64,000 bases of DNA from Thermoleophilia bacterium (lineage in GTDB: Bacteria > Actinomycetota > Thermoleophilia > Solirubrobacterales > 70-9): positions 32,297 through 96,296 of the forward strand of contig JAENWT010000007.1 of the NCBI GenBank assembly GCA_016650125.1, given 5' to 3'. Shown piece after piece: positions 17,104-25,662 of the stretch. Below the pieces are notes generated by a model. That model worked only from the letters and a program-made list of their open reading frames with translations. It searched no databases and had not been told where the DNA came from. The first letter of the stretch is position 1, and each line of letters begins with the position of its first letter. A program made the translations under genes and the position numbers.

Positions 17104-20100
17104 TCACACCAGCTGCAGACCCCGGGTGACGGGCGTGGCTCGAAGTCCTGGCTGAGGATGCCGTCGCCGACCTCACGCACTGTGCGGTCGATCCGCTCGG
17201 CTTCATCCGGGCCCGCCTCGATGTTCACCTTCTCGCCGTCGAGCACGTAGTAGTAGCTGCCGTTGTCGACCTCGAGGTCCCAGGCCTCGGCCGCACCGAT
17301 CCGGTAGATCGCCAGCTGGATGTCGCCGCCGAGCCGTTCGGTGTTCACCTTCATGCCGGTCTTGTAGTCGATGACCTCGTAACCACCATCGCCGCGGCGG
17401 TCCACCCGGTCGACCCGGCCGCGCACGTAATGCGGCCCGATCTTGAATTCGAACTGGCGCTCCAGCCAGACCGGCTGCGAGTCCGAGGCGCTCTCGGTCT
17501 GCCAGTAGTTCTCCATCGCCGCGTAGGCGCGGTCCTTGAACTGGAGCTCGTCGTTCGAATCGCCGAATCCGGACCGGCGCCAGCCCTGTTCGAGCAGCGA
17601 CATCAGCAGGTCGAGGCCCTGGTCGCCCGTGTCGGTGAGTTTCGGATCGTGGAACCGCTGAAGGACGTTGTGGATCAGGATGCCGAAGCGCTGGTTGATG
17701 GTCGGCGCCTGGGGAATGCCGAACACACGCGCGAACTTGTACTTGAGAGGGCAGGTGAGGTAGAGGTCGACATCCGAGGCCGAGAGGCGCAGGTCCCCGC
17801 CGCGCTTCGGCAGGAACGCGGCCAGCGAGGGCTCGGTCTTCGAATCGATCAGCCGCTGGCGCAGGCCCCGGTCGCGCTCGTTGGCCAGCAGGTACGGGTC
17901 GAGGGTCGAGGTGGTGAGCTCGGCCAGCTGCTCCGGTGTGGCGACCTGGGCCAGCAACCCGTTGATCGCTTCGATCGACTCGCTGTCGACCGTGCCGCCG
18001 GGCCGCTGCGCGAGCGCCGCCAGCTTGAGCAGCTCCAGGTAACGGGTGATCGCGCGGTTGACGTCGATCGCGGTGTCGAGGCGCGGCTCGCTCAATTCAC
18101 GCCCGGCCTTCCAGGACGCTTCGAGCACTTCGTCGCGCATCATCCGGTAGGTCGCGTGGAGGTCCTCTGCCGGTCCGAACAGTTCTTCCTCGTGGACTTC
18201 CTCGAGGCCGCCGACAACCTTGAAGGCATCCTCGAACGGGCCGGACGGGCTGCTGCCCTCCGCCGGAGTCTCGACCCGGGAGAGCACGACGCCGTCGTCG
18301 GCCGAGGCGATCGCCGTTGCGATCGCCCGCCGGTCCTCGTCGTCGGCCCGGTGGAGTCCAGTCAGGTACACCCGCGACCAGACCCGGCCCTTGACCTCCG
18401 AGTAGGCGACGATCTGAACCGAACCTACCGCCGCCCCGCGGCTTCCGGTCACCTCGAGGCCGGTGTCGGCCAATGCTGAGAGGTACTTCGTGAACTCACG
18501 GGTGGAGCCGTTCGGGTCCCGCCGGGCCCAGGCCGTCGCGATCTCCGCCAGGCGCGAGAGGCCGAGCAGCCGCTCGGCGGTCTCGGGCTTGGCGGCAAAG
18601 AGGCGCTGCCGGCGGAAACCGACCCTTTCGATCAGTCGCCGGACGAAGACATCGGGCCGGTGCCCGTCGAGCGCGCCCGCGGCGGCTCTATATAAGGAGA
18701 GGAAAGCTTCGATCCGCTGGCGGGCCTCGGGGGAGATCTGCGGGCTCTCCAACGCGGCGTCGCAGGCCGAGACCATGTCGAGCTTGCGGCGACGCGCGAT
18801 CACGGTCAGCTTGGCGAGGTCCACCGAGCGCAGCCCGATCGGCGGCCGGGTGATCGCGCGAGTCACCGCCGGAGCGTCGTCCGGGTCGGTCAGCCCCCGC
18901 AGCCATGCGATCGTGTCGCGGACCTCGGGCTGTCGGAAGAGCGCCGCTCCACCGCCGACCGTGGCCGGCACACCGCGCTCGGCCAGGGCCGAGGCGAGCA
19001 GGCCGCCGTCGCGATTCAGATCCTTGACCGTGATCGCGATCGTCTCGGGGGCAGCGCCTTCGCTGACGGCGTGCTCGACTTCGCGGGCGACTGCCTGGGC
19101 CTCGGCCTGGGCGCCGCCCGATCGCCAGAACCGTACGGAGGTGGTGCCGTCCCCTGCATGCCAATCCTCGGCGACGGCGATCCCGCCACCGGCGAGCACA
19201 GCGCGGGCGGCATCCACCGAGTCCGGCCCGAGCCGACGGGACTCGGCCGCGGTCACTTTGACCAGCCCGGGGGCAATCGCTTCGAAACGATCCACCGCCC
19301 CGGGGGCAGCCAGCGCCCGGGACTCATCGGCCGCGGCGACCAGCGACTCGGCACCGCCGATCAGACCGGCCAGCAATTCGGAGCGCACCGGAGAAAGGTC
19401 TTCGAGCTCGTCGACGACCAGATGCGGGAACTGCGCCGCGACCTGCTGCCGGACGGACTCGTGGCCGGCCAGCATCGCCGCGGCCAGGGAGCAGGCGTCG
19501 TTCGAATCGATCGATCCGAGGTCGGCCAGCATCCGGTCGTGGATTTCGATCAGCTCGGCAACCTCGAGGGTGCGGCTGGCGTCCGGCTCGCCTTCATCCG
19601 CAGCGATAGCCCGCAGGTCATCCGCCGAGACACCATCGCTCTTCAGGCGATCGATCCGGCGGAGCAGGCCGGTCATCAAGCCGGTCGGGTTGCCGCGGAT
19701 CTGGTGGTGGCGGAGCGGAAGCGAGTCGAACCGGACCAGCAGCATCGCCAGCCGCTCGGCCGGGCCGACGACCTCGAAGCCCGGGTCGAGCCCGGCGGCG
19801 GCGGGCCAGTCGCGCAGGAGCCGTTCGGCGAAGTCCTCCCAGGTGGCGACGACAAGTTCTTCGTAAGGCGGTTCGAGCAGGGCCTCCAGCCGAGAGCGGT
19901 GTTCGGCCGCGGCGTTCCGGGTCGAGGTGATCACCGCGATGCGCGAAGGATCAAGTCCGCCGGAGACCAGCGCCGCAACCCGGGCGTCGAGCGCGGCCGA
20001 CTTGCCGACCCCGGCCCCACCTTCGATCAGCAGGGGTCCGGAGCCGTGTTCGATCTTGGGTAGCTGGGCCGGGCCCGGTTCGGGTATCGGATCGCTGGAC

Positions 20101-20117
20101 TGGGGATCAGGACTCAC
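17070..20117 (-). CDS. UvrD/AddB-like helicase-nuclease with C-terminal PD-(D/E)XK (RecB/Cas4-type, Cys-cluster) domain
   Basis: Start placed at the GTG at 20117, because the longer ORF is antisense to the IMPase gene. Walker A GGAGVGKSAAL, DExx box VVDELED, nuclease motifs GRVDRVD, YEVIDYKTG and QLAIY, and four Cys (LTCP...CSWCDYRLVCP). Confidence 0.8.
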   Translation of the reverse strand: MSPDPQSSDPIPEPGPAQLPKIEHGSGPLLIEGGAGVGKSAALDARVAALVSGGLDPSRIAVITSTRNAAAEHRSRLEALLEPPYEELVVATWEDFAERLLRDWPAAAGLDPGFEVVGPAERLAMLLVRFDSLPLRHHQIRGNPTGLMTGLLRRIDRLKSDGVSADDLRAIAADEGEPDASRTLEVAELIEIHDRMLADLGSIDSNDACSLAAAMLAGHESVRQQVAAQFPHLVVDELEDLSPVRSELLAGLIGGAESLVAAADESRALAAPGAVDRFEAIAPGLVKVTAAESRRLGPDSVDAARAVLAGGGIAVAEDWHAGDGTTSVRFWRSGGAQAEAQAVAREVEHAVSEGAAPETIAITVKDLNRDGGLLASALAERGVPATVGGGAALFRQPEVRDTIAWLRGLTDPDDAPAVTRAITRPPIGLRSVDLAKLTVIARRRKLDMVSACDAALESPQISPEARQRIEAFLSLYRAAAGALDGHRPDVFVRRLIERVGFRRQRLFAAKPETAERLLGLSRLAEIATAWARRDPNGSTREFTKYLSALADTGLEVTGSRGAAVGSVQIVAYSEVKGRVWSRVYLTGLHRADDEDRRAIATAIASADDGVVLSRVETPAEGSSPSGPFEDAFKVVGGLEEVHEEELFGPAEDLHATYRMMRDEVLEASWKAGRELSEPRLDTAIDVNRAITRYLELLKLAALAQRPGGTVDSESIEAINGLLAQVATPEQLAELTTSTLDPYLLANERDRGLRQRLIDSKTEPSLAAFLPKRGGDLRLSASDVDLYLTCPLKYKFARVFGIPQAPTINQRFGILIHNVLQRFHDPKLTDTGDQGLDLLMSLLEQGWRRSGFGDSNDELQFKDRAYAAMENYWQTESASDSQPVWLERQFEFKIGPHYVRGRVDRVDRRGDGGYEVIDYKTGMKVNTERLGGDIQLAIYRIGAAEAWDLEVDNGSYYYVLDGEKVNIEAGPDEAERIDRTVREVGDGILSQDFEPRPSPGVCSWCDYRLVCPAAEA

Positions 20118-20150
20118 AAGCCAAAAGTACCCGACCAGACCGCCCGACAC

Positions 20151-21008
20151 GTGACTGTGAATAGCATGCGCCGGGTGACTTCCCCCCAGACATCCCCTCC
20201 GATCTCGGCCAACTGGCTGGATATCTGCCGCCGTATCGTCGAAGAGCAGAAGAAACTCTTCGCCGGCAGCGTGACCGTCCAGGACCGTGACGAGTACGAA
20301 GGCATAGGTGAAGGCGGCGACCGCACGCTCGTACTCGACCGCCAGTGCGAGGACGTCGTCTTCGCTGAGCTCGAAGAGCTTGCCGAGCAGGGTGCCGAGT
20401 TCACGGCGATTTCGGAAGAGCGCGGAACCGTCCAGTTCAACGGCGGCGGCGAGAGCTGGGTCGTGATCGATCCGATCGACGGCTCGCTCAACGTGCGGAA
20501 GACCCTGCCCAACCACAGCCTTTCGATCGCGGTCGCCTCCGCCCCGAACATGGCCGCGGTCGAATTCGGCTACGTCTACGACTTCGGTCCCGACGAGGAG
20601 TACTGGGCCCAGACCGACAAGGGGGCTTTCCTCAACGAGCGCGAGCTGAAGGTCATCCCCGGCCCCATGCCCCTGGAGCTGGTCGGAGTCGAAGGCGCCG
20701 AGCCCGGCGCGATCATCCCCCTGCTGGAGAAGCTGCAGGGCGAGATCTACCGCCTGCGCTGCGTCGGCTCGCTGGCAATCACCCTCTCTTATGTAGCGGC
20801 CAACCGACTAGACGGAATGGTCACACCGCATCCTTCGCGTTCGGTCGACATCGCCGCCGCGCAGCTGATCGCCCGTGAGGCCGGCGCCTTCATCGAGCTC
20901 GGCGAAGACGGCCTCTCCGAGGTCGGCTTCGACCTCGATCAGCGTTTCGACGTGACCGGGGCGAGTACCCCGGGGGGTCTCGAGACCCTCCTCAACAGCC
21001 GCGGCTGA
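20151..21008 (+). CDS. inositol monophosphatase / FBPase-like family protein
   Basis: 285 aa. The metal-binding motifs EERG, VIDPIDGSLN and an AAAQLIAREAG-type C-terminus fit the IMPase fold. Several alternative starts lie within the first 25 nt. Confidence 0.8.
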   Translation: MTVNSMRRVTSPQTSPPISANWLDICRRIVEEQKKLFAGSVTVQDRDEYEGIGEGGDRTLVLDRQCEDVVFAELEELAEQGAEFTAISEERGTVQFNGGGESWVVIDPIDGSLNVRKTLPNHSLSIAVASAPNMAAVEFGYVYDFGPDEEYWAQTDKGAFLNERELKVIPGPMPLELVGVEGAEPGAIIPLLEKLQGEIYRLRCVGSLAITLSYVAANRLDGMVTPHPSRSVDIAAAQLIAREAGAFIELGEDGLSEVGFDLDQRFDVTGASTPGGLETLLNSRG

Positions 21009-21142
21009 GCCAACAAAGACCGTCTGCACTGACGAAGATCGGGGAGTAAATAGCTCCCTGATCTTCGTCACCTGCCGCTTTGCACGGTCATTTGGCTTCA
21101 GGAGACGGATTCTCTTGTGTGACCGACGCACACGAACAAAAG

Positions 21143-21156
21143 AGAACAGATGTTCG
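21143..21156 (+). promoter_or_regulatory. candidate LexA (SOS/Cheo-type) box GAAC-N4-GTTC, abutting a TATAAG -10-like hexamer
   Basis: AGAACAGATGTTCG is a palindrome in an AT-rich intergenic region 73 nt upstream of the ATG at 21229. TATAAG follows at 21157..21162. Confidence 0.35.
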
Positions 21157-21228
21157 TATAAGTGCTACACTTCAAACATCCTTACTAATAAGTAATCTGT
21201 TTTACAACAACCCCAAGGAGCAAACACG

Positions 21229-21855
21229 ATGAGCCCTAACACAGCCAAGAAGGCCCCCAAGAAGGCCCCCAAGAAGAACTCGACCAAGGCCACCGCCAAG
21301 AAGTCGACCACCAAGTCTGCCGCGAAGAGCACGGCCAAGCCGCGCACTGCTTCTCAGCTGCGTTCGGAAGCCGCCCACAAGGCCACCCACGCCGCCCAGC
21401 TCGACGCCGATACCGCCAAGAGCCGTCTGACCGAGACTGTCGAAGCCGCCCGCGAGGCCGCCAAGACCGCCGTTGACGTTCCCGTCGGTGCCGCCCTGAA
21501 CATCTCCGAGAAGGTTTCCGAGCTCGTCGAGCCGTGGACCGATCAGGCCACCGCCGAGAAGAAGGTCAAGAGCTACCGCGCTGAACTGACCAAGACCTTC
21601 AAGCGTGCCGAGCGTCGTGGCACCACCGCCCGTCGCAAGGCGACCACGCAGGCGAAGAAGCAGCGCACTTCGCTCGAGCGTCAGGTTCGCAAGCAGCAGA
21701 AGACGGTCGAAAAGCAGATCAGGACCACCAACAAGGACGTCTCGAAGAACATCGAGACCCGCGTTGATGTCGTGACCAAGGCCGCTGAGACCCAGGGCAA
21801 GAAGGCCCAGGAGCTCGTCAACAAGGTCACGGACCAGATCACCACGCTGGTCTAG
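21229..21855 (+). CDS. lysine/alanine-rich basic coiled-coil protein (HbhA / histone H1-like)
   Basis: 208 aa. N-terminal KKAPKKAPKK...AKKSTTKSAAKSTAK repeats, then an apolipoprotein-like helical region. Strong AAGGAG RBS, AT-rich upstream region and a clean terminator downstream. Confidence 0.7.
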   Translation: MSPNTAKKAPKKAPKKNSTKATAKKSTTKSAAKSTAKPRTASQLRSEAAHKATHAAQLDADTAKSRLTETVEAAREAAKTAVDVPVGAALNISEKVSELVEPWTDQATAEKKVKSYRAELTKTFKRAERRGTTARRKATTQAKKQRTSLERQVRKQQKTVEKQIRTTNKDVSKNIETRVDVVTKAAETQGKKAQELVNKVTDQITTLV

Positions 21856-21951
21856 ATCCACTTAGCCCGGCCGGCTGCGGAGAGCAGCTGAACCGGAGAA
21901 GATCGGCTGACCTCATAACCCGTCAGTCGATGTATTACCTCTCCTCCCTCG

Positions 21952-21985
21952 CCAACGGCCCCTTTATTGGGGCCGTTGGTATTTA
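21952..21985 (+). terminator. rho-independent terminator
   Basis: 11-bp GC-rich stem CCAACGGCCCC / GGGGCCGTTGG with loop TTTATT, followed by TATTT. Confidence 0.6.
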
Positions 21986-21998
21986 AGGTGGAAAAGTT

Positions 21999-22304
21999 AT
22001 GGGCCATCTCGCTGATTCTCCGAGGCCGGCGTTGCTCGCATATCGCGCGAGGCTCCGGGGTGAAGGGCCTCCCGTAGGACTTCCTGAGCCTGAGATGAGC
22101 ATCAGCGAAGCACGGGATAGCTTCAAATCAGAAACCGGATTTACTCCTGAGGATTGGGTTGAGTCCTGGAAAGTAGATCGCATGGAAGACAGTCCAGATA
22201 ACATGAAGCACACGATTCATGCGCTTTCCATCCTCGCTGAAGAGTCTTCGGAACTCGGCCAACAGGTTCAAGTAGGCGCGTCAACTAACTCCGGATATAA
22301 GTGA
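21999..22304 (+). CDS. orphan small ORF in a low-GC islet
   Basis: 101 aa, or 69 aa from the internal MSISEARD start. Acidic, with no recognisable domain. Local GC is clearly below the window average. Weak support. Confidence 0.3.
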   Translation: MGHLADSPRPALLAYRARLRGEGPPVGLPEPEMSISEARDSFKSETGFTPEDWVESWKVDRMEDSPDNMKHTIHALSILAEESSELGQQVQVGASTNSGYK

Positions 22305-22341
22305 GCTCCACGGTCGGCGGGGCGCTAGGTCTAGCCGGAGT

Positions 22342-22773
22342 TCAGCGCTGGGGCAGGCAGTTGACGATCATCGTAAAGCCCAAATCGGGGCCTTCGTCGC
22401 TGCTAACAATGAACCGGTAGCCCACCGGGCCACCCCAGCGATTTGGTAAGGCGTTCCGACGGAGTTCAAACGCGCGGGGTCCCATGTTGCCAATCGAAGG
22501 ATCGAAAGCGAAAGGTGCTTTGGCCGGGCAACGAATCGAACCCTCGGTCTCGGTGAATACCCCGTCACCCGCCACCGGGTCGGTCGACGGGAACACCTGT
22601 GAGTGCCCGAGAATCGCGGCGCCCATCGCCCTCGCGCCGGCCGAACCCGTGCGCAGGTCGTCACTGCCGACAGTTCGCCTGCCGGGTAGCGCCACAGCCG
22701 TGCCGCCGATCGCCACGATCAGGCTGATCATCGCCACCACCATCGCCGGGGATGGTTTCGGAACTCTTTTCAT
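22342..22773 (-). CDS. membrane-anchored or secreted hypothetical protein
   Basis: 143 aa. N-terminal anchor MVVAMISLIVAIGGTAVALPG. Last gene of the sigma-factor operon, 21 nt after the preceding stop. Confidence 0.55.
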   Translation of the reverse strand: MKRVPKPSPAMVVAMISLIVAIGGTAVALPGRRTVGSDDLRTGSAGARAMGAAILGHSQVFPSTDPVAGDGVFTETEGSIRCPAKAPFAFDPSIGNMGPRAFELRRNALPNRWGGPVGYRFIVSSDEGPDLGFTMIVNCLPQR

Positions 22774-22794
22774 GACCTGCCTCCTCCTGCCGAA

Positions 22795-25662
22795 TCAGTC
22801 TGCCGGGTAAACAATGACCGATTGGCGGCGTGAAGTCGAGGGGCTGAAGGGCCAGCCCGCTTCCGGCAGCGAAACCGCGCGGAACAGAATGCGCTGCGCG
22901 AAGTCGATCGTCCGGAACCGGTAGCTGTACCGGAAGTGGCCGCGGCGGTTCGCCCGCAGCACCTCGACCGGCCTCCATCGTGCGCGGGAAGGATCGAAGT
23001 ACTGAATCGCCACGAGTTTGCCACGGGCCGGCCGAAGGGCGCCCTTGCCCTGGACCGAACCCGTCATGCGGACCCTGCCGCGATTGCGCAGAACCCTCGG
23101 CTCGATCCGGAACGTGGTTCGGTCGCGAACAGTCAGAGAAAGCTCCCGGCTCGATGTGCGCTGATTGACCCGGCTTCCCGGATAGCGAATACTGATTGCA
23201 CGCGACGGTCCGGGCTTGACCGCGAGCGCGTAGCGACCGGTGCCGTCGGTCCTGACTCGGCTCGACCTCTTCTTCCGGCGGGATCCCGTCGCAAACTTCT
23301 CTTCCACAAGAAGGCTGATTCCCGACAACGCCCTGCCGTCACGGGAAAGCCGTCCTCCGACCCGCACCGCGCTGTCGTAGTCGGCGAGCGACTTCCTGGC
23401 GAATCGCTTGCCCCTGACGATTGACGCCGTAAGCCGGACCGGTTTCTTCAGGGGAAGCTTGAGCACCATGCCCGATCCGCTCGAGGCTGTGTCGACGAGG
23501 TTGCCGGCCCGGTCACGGGCCTCGGCGCGGATCGTGTACTTGCCGCTCGGCAGGTCATCGGAGGGGATTCGTGCGAGCAGCATCGATCCGCTTTCCTCAG
23601 TTTCAAGCTCCGTGAACTCTCCGTCCACTCCAAGGGGACGAACAGAGATGGATCCGAAGTCAAGTCCGGAATCGCTGTCCAGGACCGTAGCCCGGATCAT
23701 TTCCGGATCCAGCGGATCCCGCTGCCGGTGAAATTCGATCCGCGGAGGCCGGCGGTCGATGCGAACCGTGGCGGTGCCGGGCCTGGCGTGGCTCTCCCCT
23801 TCTCCGGCCGCAAGGCCATCATTCAAATTCCCGGCAAGATCTCTCGCCCAGTATTCAACCCCGGTCGCCCCCTCGTCGGCGACCGTGAATACGGCCGAAC
23901 TACCGGGAACCTCGTAGGGCGCAGAGTCGCCGGCGCGGATGACCGTGACCGGATCTCCGTCATCGCCCGGTTTGGGCGTCATGCCGGAAGCTGAATCGCT
24001 GGCCAACGCCGTCAAGGTCACCGGCTGGTTGACCCAGCCGCCCGGTAGCCCTTCCAGCTTGGTCACCGGATCAGTCTTGTCAACTTTGATGACCCTTGTG
24101 CCCACCGCTTCAGAGGCGACCCGGGCGCCCGATGCCGCCACGGCGGAGACCCAGTGGCTGCCCTCGGAAAGATCGTTCAGCTCGGCTACCCGGTCATCGA
24201 TTCCGGCGTTTAAGGAAAGCTCGAGCGGCTGGCAGACGCCGGTCGGACAGGGGGCAACCGGCCCCGTACGGGAAACGGCGAACGCGTAGCCCCCGACCCC
24301 GGAAGGGCCGCCAGGTTCCGCTCTTTCAATCTCCTGTTCGAAGGGCAGCTCGTCGGCGGAGATCCAGCCGGGCGGGACTTCCGGAACCACGTCGCCGGGC
24401 CGGGCATCGTCGAAGCGGAGCGTCGTCGAGTTTGGAGATCCGAGATTGCCGGCGCCGTCCCGCAGCCTGACTTCGACCCTGTACTCGCCGGGTTGAGGCA
24501 GGTTGAGTACCGGCAACGCCGGGGTTGCGCCCAGGGTGGCCGTACGCGTGTCAATTACCGTGTTGTCGGCGATTCTGATCACCTGGAAATCGGCTTCGGC
24601 GATATTCGACCCGGCTCCGCCCGGGTTCCGCCAGACGACCTCGAAACCGTTCTCCGGTCGCCAATCGGTTCCGCCGACCGGACGCAGGTCGATCGGGGCT
24701 GCCGGCGCAACGTTGTCGATGAAGACCACCCGGCCCGCCGTACACGTTCGGTTCGCCTCGTCCGGCGACGCGGCGTAATCCGCGGTACAGAACTCGACTA
24801 CGTTCGTTCCCTCCTGGAACGGCGCCTGCGCGGTGTTGGCCGCGGCGGCCCGGACCACGCTTCCGGGACATGGGGCAAAGCGGCTGGCGTAAGTTGACCG
24901 GTCACCGCTGCAGACGACGGCGTCGAGCTCGACCCTCAAACCGTTGACGAGAAGGAAAGTGGAGGCCACTCCGGCCCCCTTGTCACTGGCGTCGATGCGA
25001 TAAGCAACGTTGCCGTGATGCCACTTCCAGTCGTTGCCCCAAGCCCACAGAAATCCCGACCCCGCAACCGTCGGCTTGATGAAGTCGCGGCTCTTGAACT
25101 CGGCGTCGGTAACTTCGAAGTAGGACTTGGGCCCGCCTTCGGCGTTGGCGCAGCCGTCCGCCCATTTACAATCCAGCCTGGCAACGATGATGCTCCTAGG
25201 CTGGCTTCGGTTGGTCCAGCGGGTCGTCCGCTGCTGTCCGTCGTGCGGCATGCCTTCATCGAGCTCGATGTCACCAAAATCCCCGCTCGGACCGAGCAAC
25301 CGCGCCGTTATGCCGTTGATGTCGTTGAGTCGCGAAGTGAAAACCGTGCCGAATACTTCAACACCTTCCGGTGTGTCCCAGATGAACTGGCCGCCCTCGC
25401 CGTTCTTGAGTCGTGTTCCACTTCGGTCCTGGTAGACGCCGATCTTTCCAGCGCCCGCGGTAGTGCAACCGCTCACCACGTCAACACGATCGTTACCTAT
25501 CAAGACGTATTCGCCAAAGAAATCTTGCTGGCTTGCGCCAACGCACTGCCTCACCGAGTACTCGCCAGCTTCGGCAGGTGGAGCTGCAGCGCCTGACAGT
25601 AAGGCCGCTGCCGAGACAACCGCAGCACACGACAACCGCCTAATCAGGTTTTCCCCCATCAA
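22795..25662 (-). CDS. large secreted multi-domain (Ig-like repeat) protein
   Basis: 955 aa. Signal peptide ending PPAEA. Three repeat ends of the form RD-x-AGNL (RDGAGNLG, RDLAGNLN, RDRAGNLV), and an Arg-rich beta-type C-terminal domain. Its start overlaps the sigma gene stop by 4 nt. Confidence 0.75.
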   Translation of the reverse strand: MMGENLIRRLSCAAVVSAAALLSGAAAPPAEAGEYSVRQCVGASQQDFFGEYVLIGNDRVDVVSGCTTAGAGKIGVYQDRSGTRLKNGEGGQFIWDTPEGVEVFGTVFTSRLNDINGITARLLGPSGDFGDIELDEGMPHDGQQRTTRWTNRSQPRSIIVARLDCKWADGCANAEGGPKSYFEVTDAEFKSRDFIKPTVAGSGFLWAWGNDWKWHHGNVAYRIDASDKGAGVASTFLLVNGLRVELDAVVCSGDRSTYASRFAPCPGSVVRAAAANTAQAPFQEGTNVVEFCTADYAASPDEANRTCTAGRVVFIDNVAPAAPIDLRPVGGTDWRPENGFEVVWRNPGGAGSNIAEADFQVIRIADNTVIDTRTATLGATPALPVLNLPQPGEYRVEVRLRDGAGNLGSPNSTTLRFDDARPGDVVPEVPPGWISADELPFEQEIERAEPGGPSGVGGYAFAVSRTGPVAPCPTGVCQPLELSLNAGIDDRVAELNDLSEGSHWVSAVAASGARVASEAVGTRVIKVDKTDPVTKLEGLPGGWVNQPVTLTALASDSASGMTPKPGDDGDPVTVIRAGDSAPYEVPGSSAVFTVADEGATGVEYWARDLAGNLNDGLAAGEGESHARPGTATVRIDRRPPRIEFHRQRDPLDPEMIRATVLDSDSGLDFGSISVRPLGVDGEFTELETEESGSMLLARIPSDDLPSGKYTIRAEARDRAGNLVDTASSGSGMVLKLPLKKPVRLTASIVRGKRFARKSLADYDSAVRVGGRLSRDGRALSGISLLVEEKFATGSRRKKRSSRVRTDGTGRYALAVKPGPSRAISIRYPGSRVNQRTSSRELSLTVRDRTTFRIEPRVLRNRGRVRMTGSVQGKGALRPARGKLVAIQYFDPSRARWRPVEVLRANRRGHFRYSYRFRTIDFAQRILFRAVSLPEAGWPFSPSTSRRQSVIVYPAD

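Noticed and set aside
20118-20516. Extra 133 N-terminal residues of the helicase-nuclease ORF (start at 20516)
   Set aside because: The region is antisense to the well-supported IMPase gene, and the helicase Walker A motif follows shortly after the GTG at 20117.
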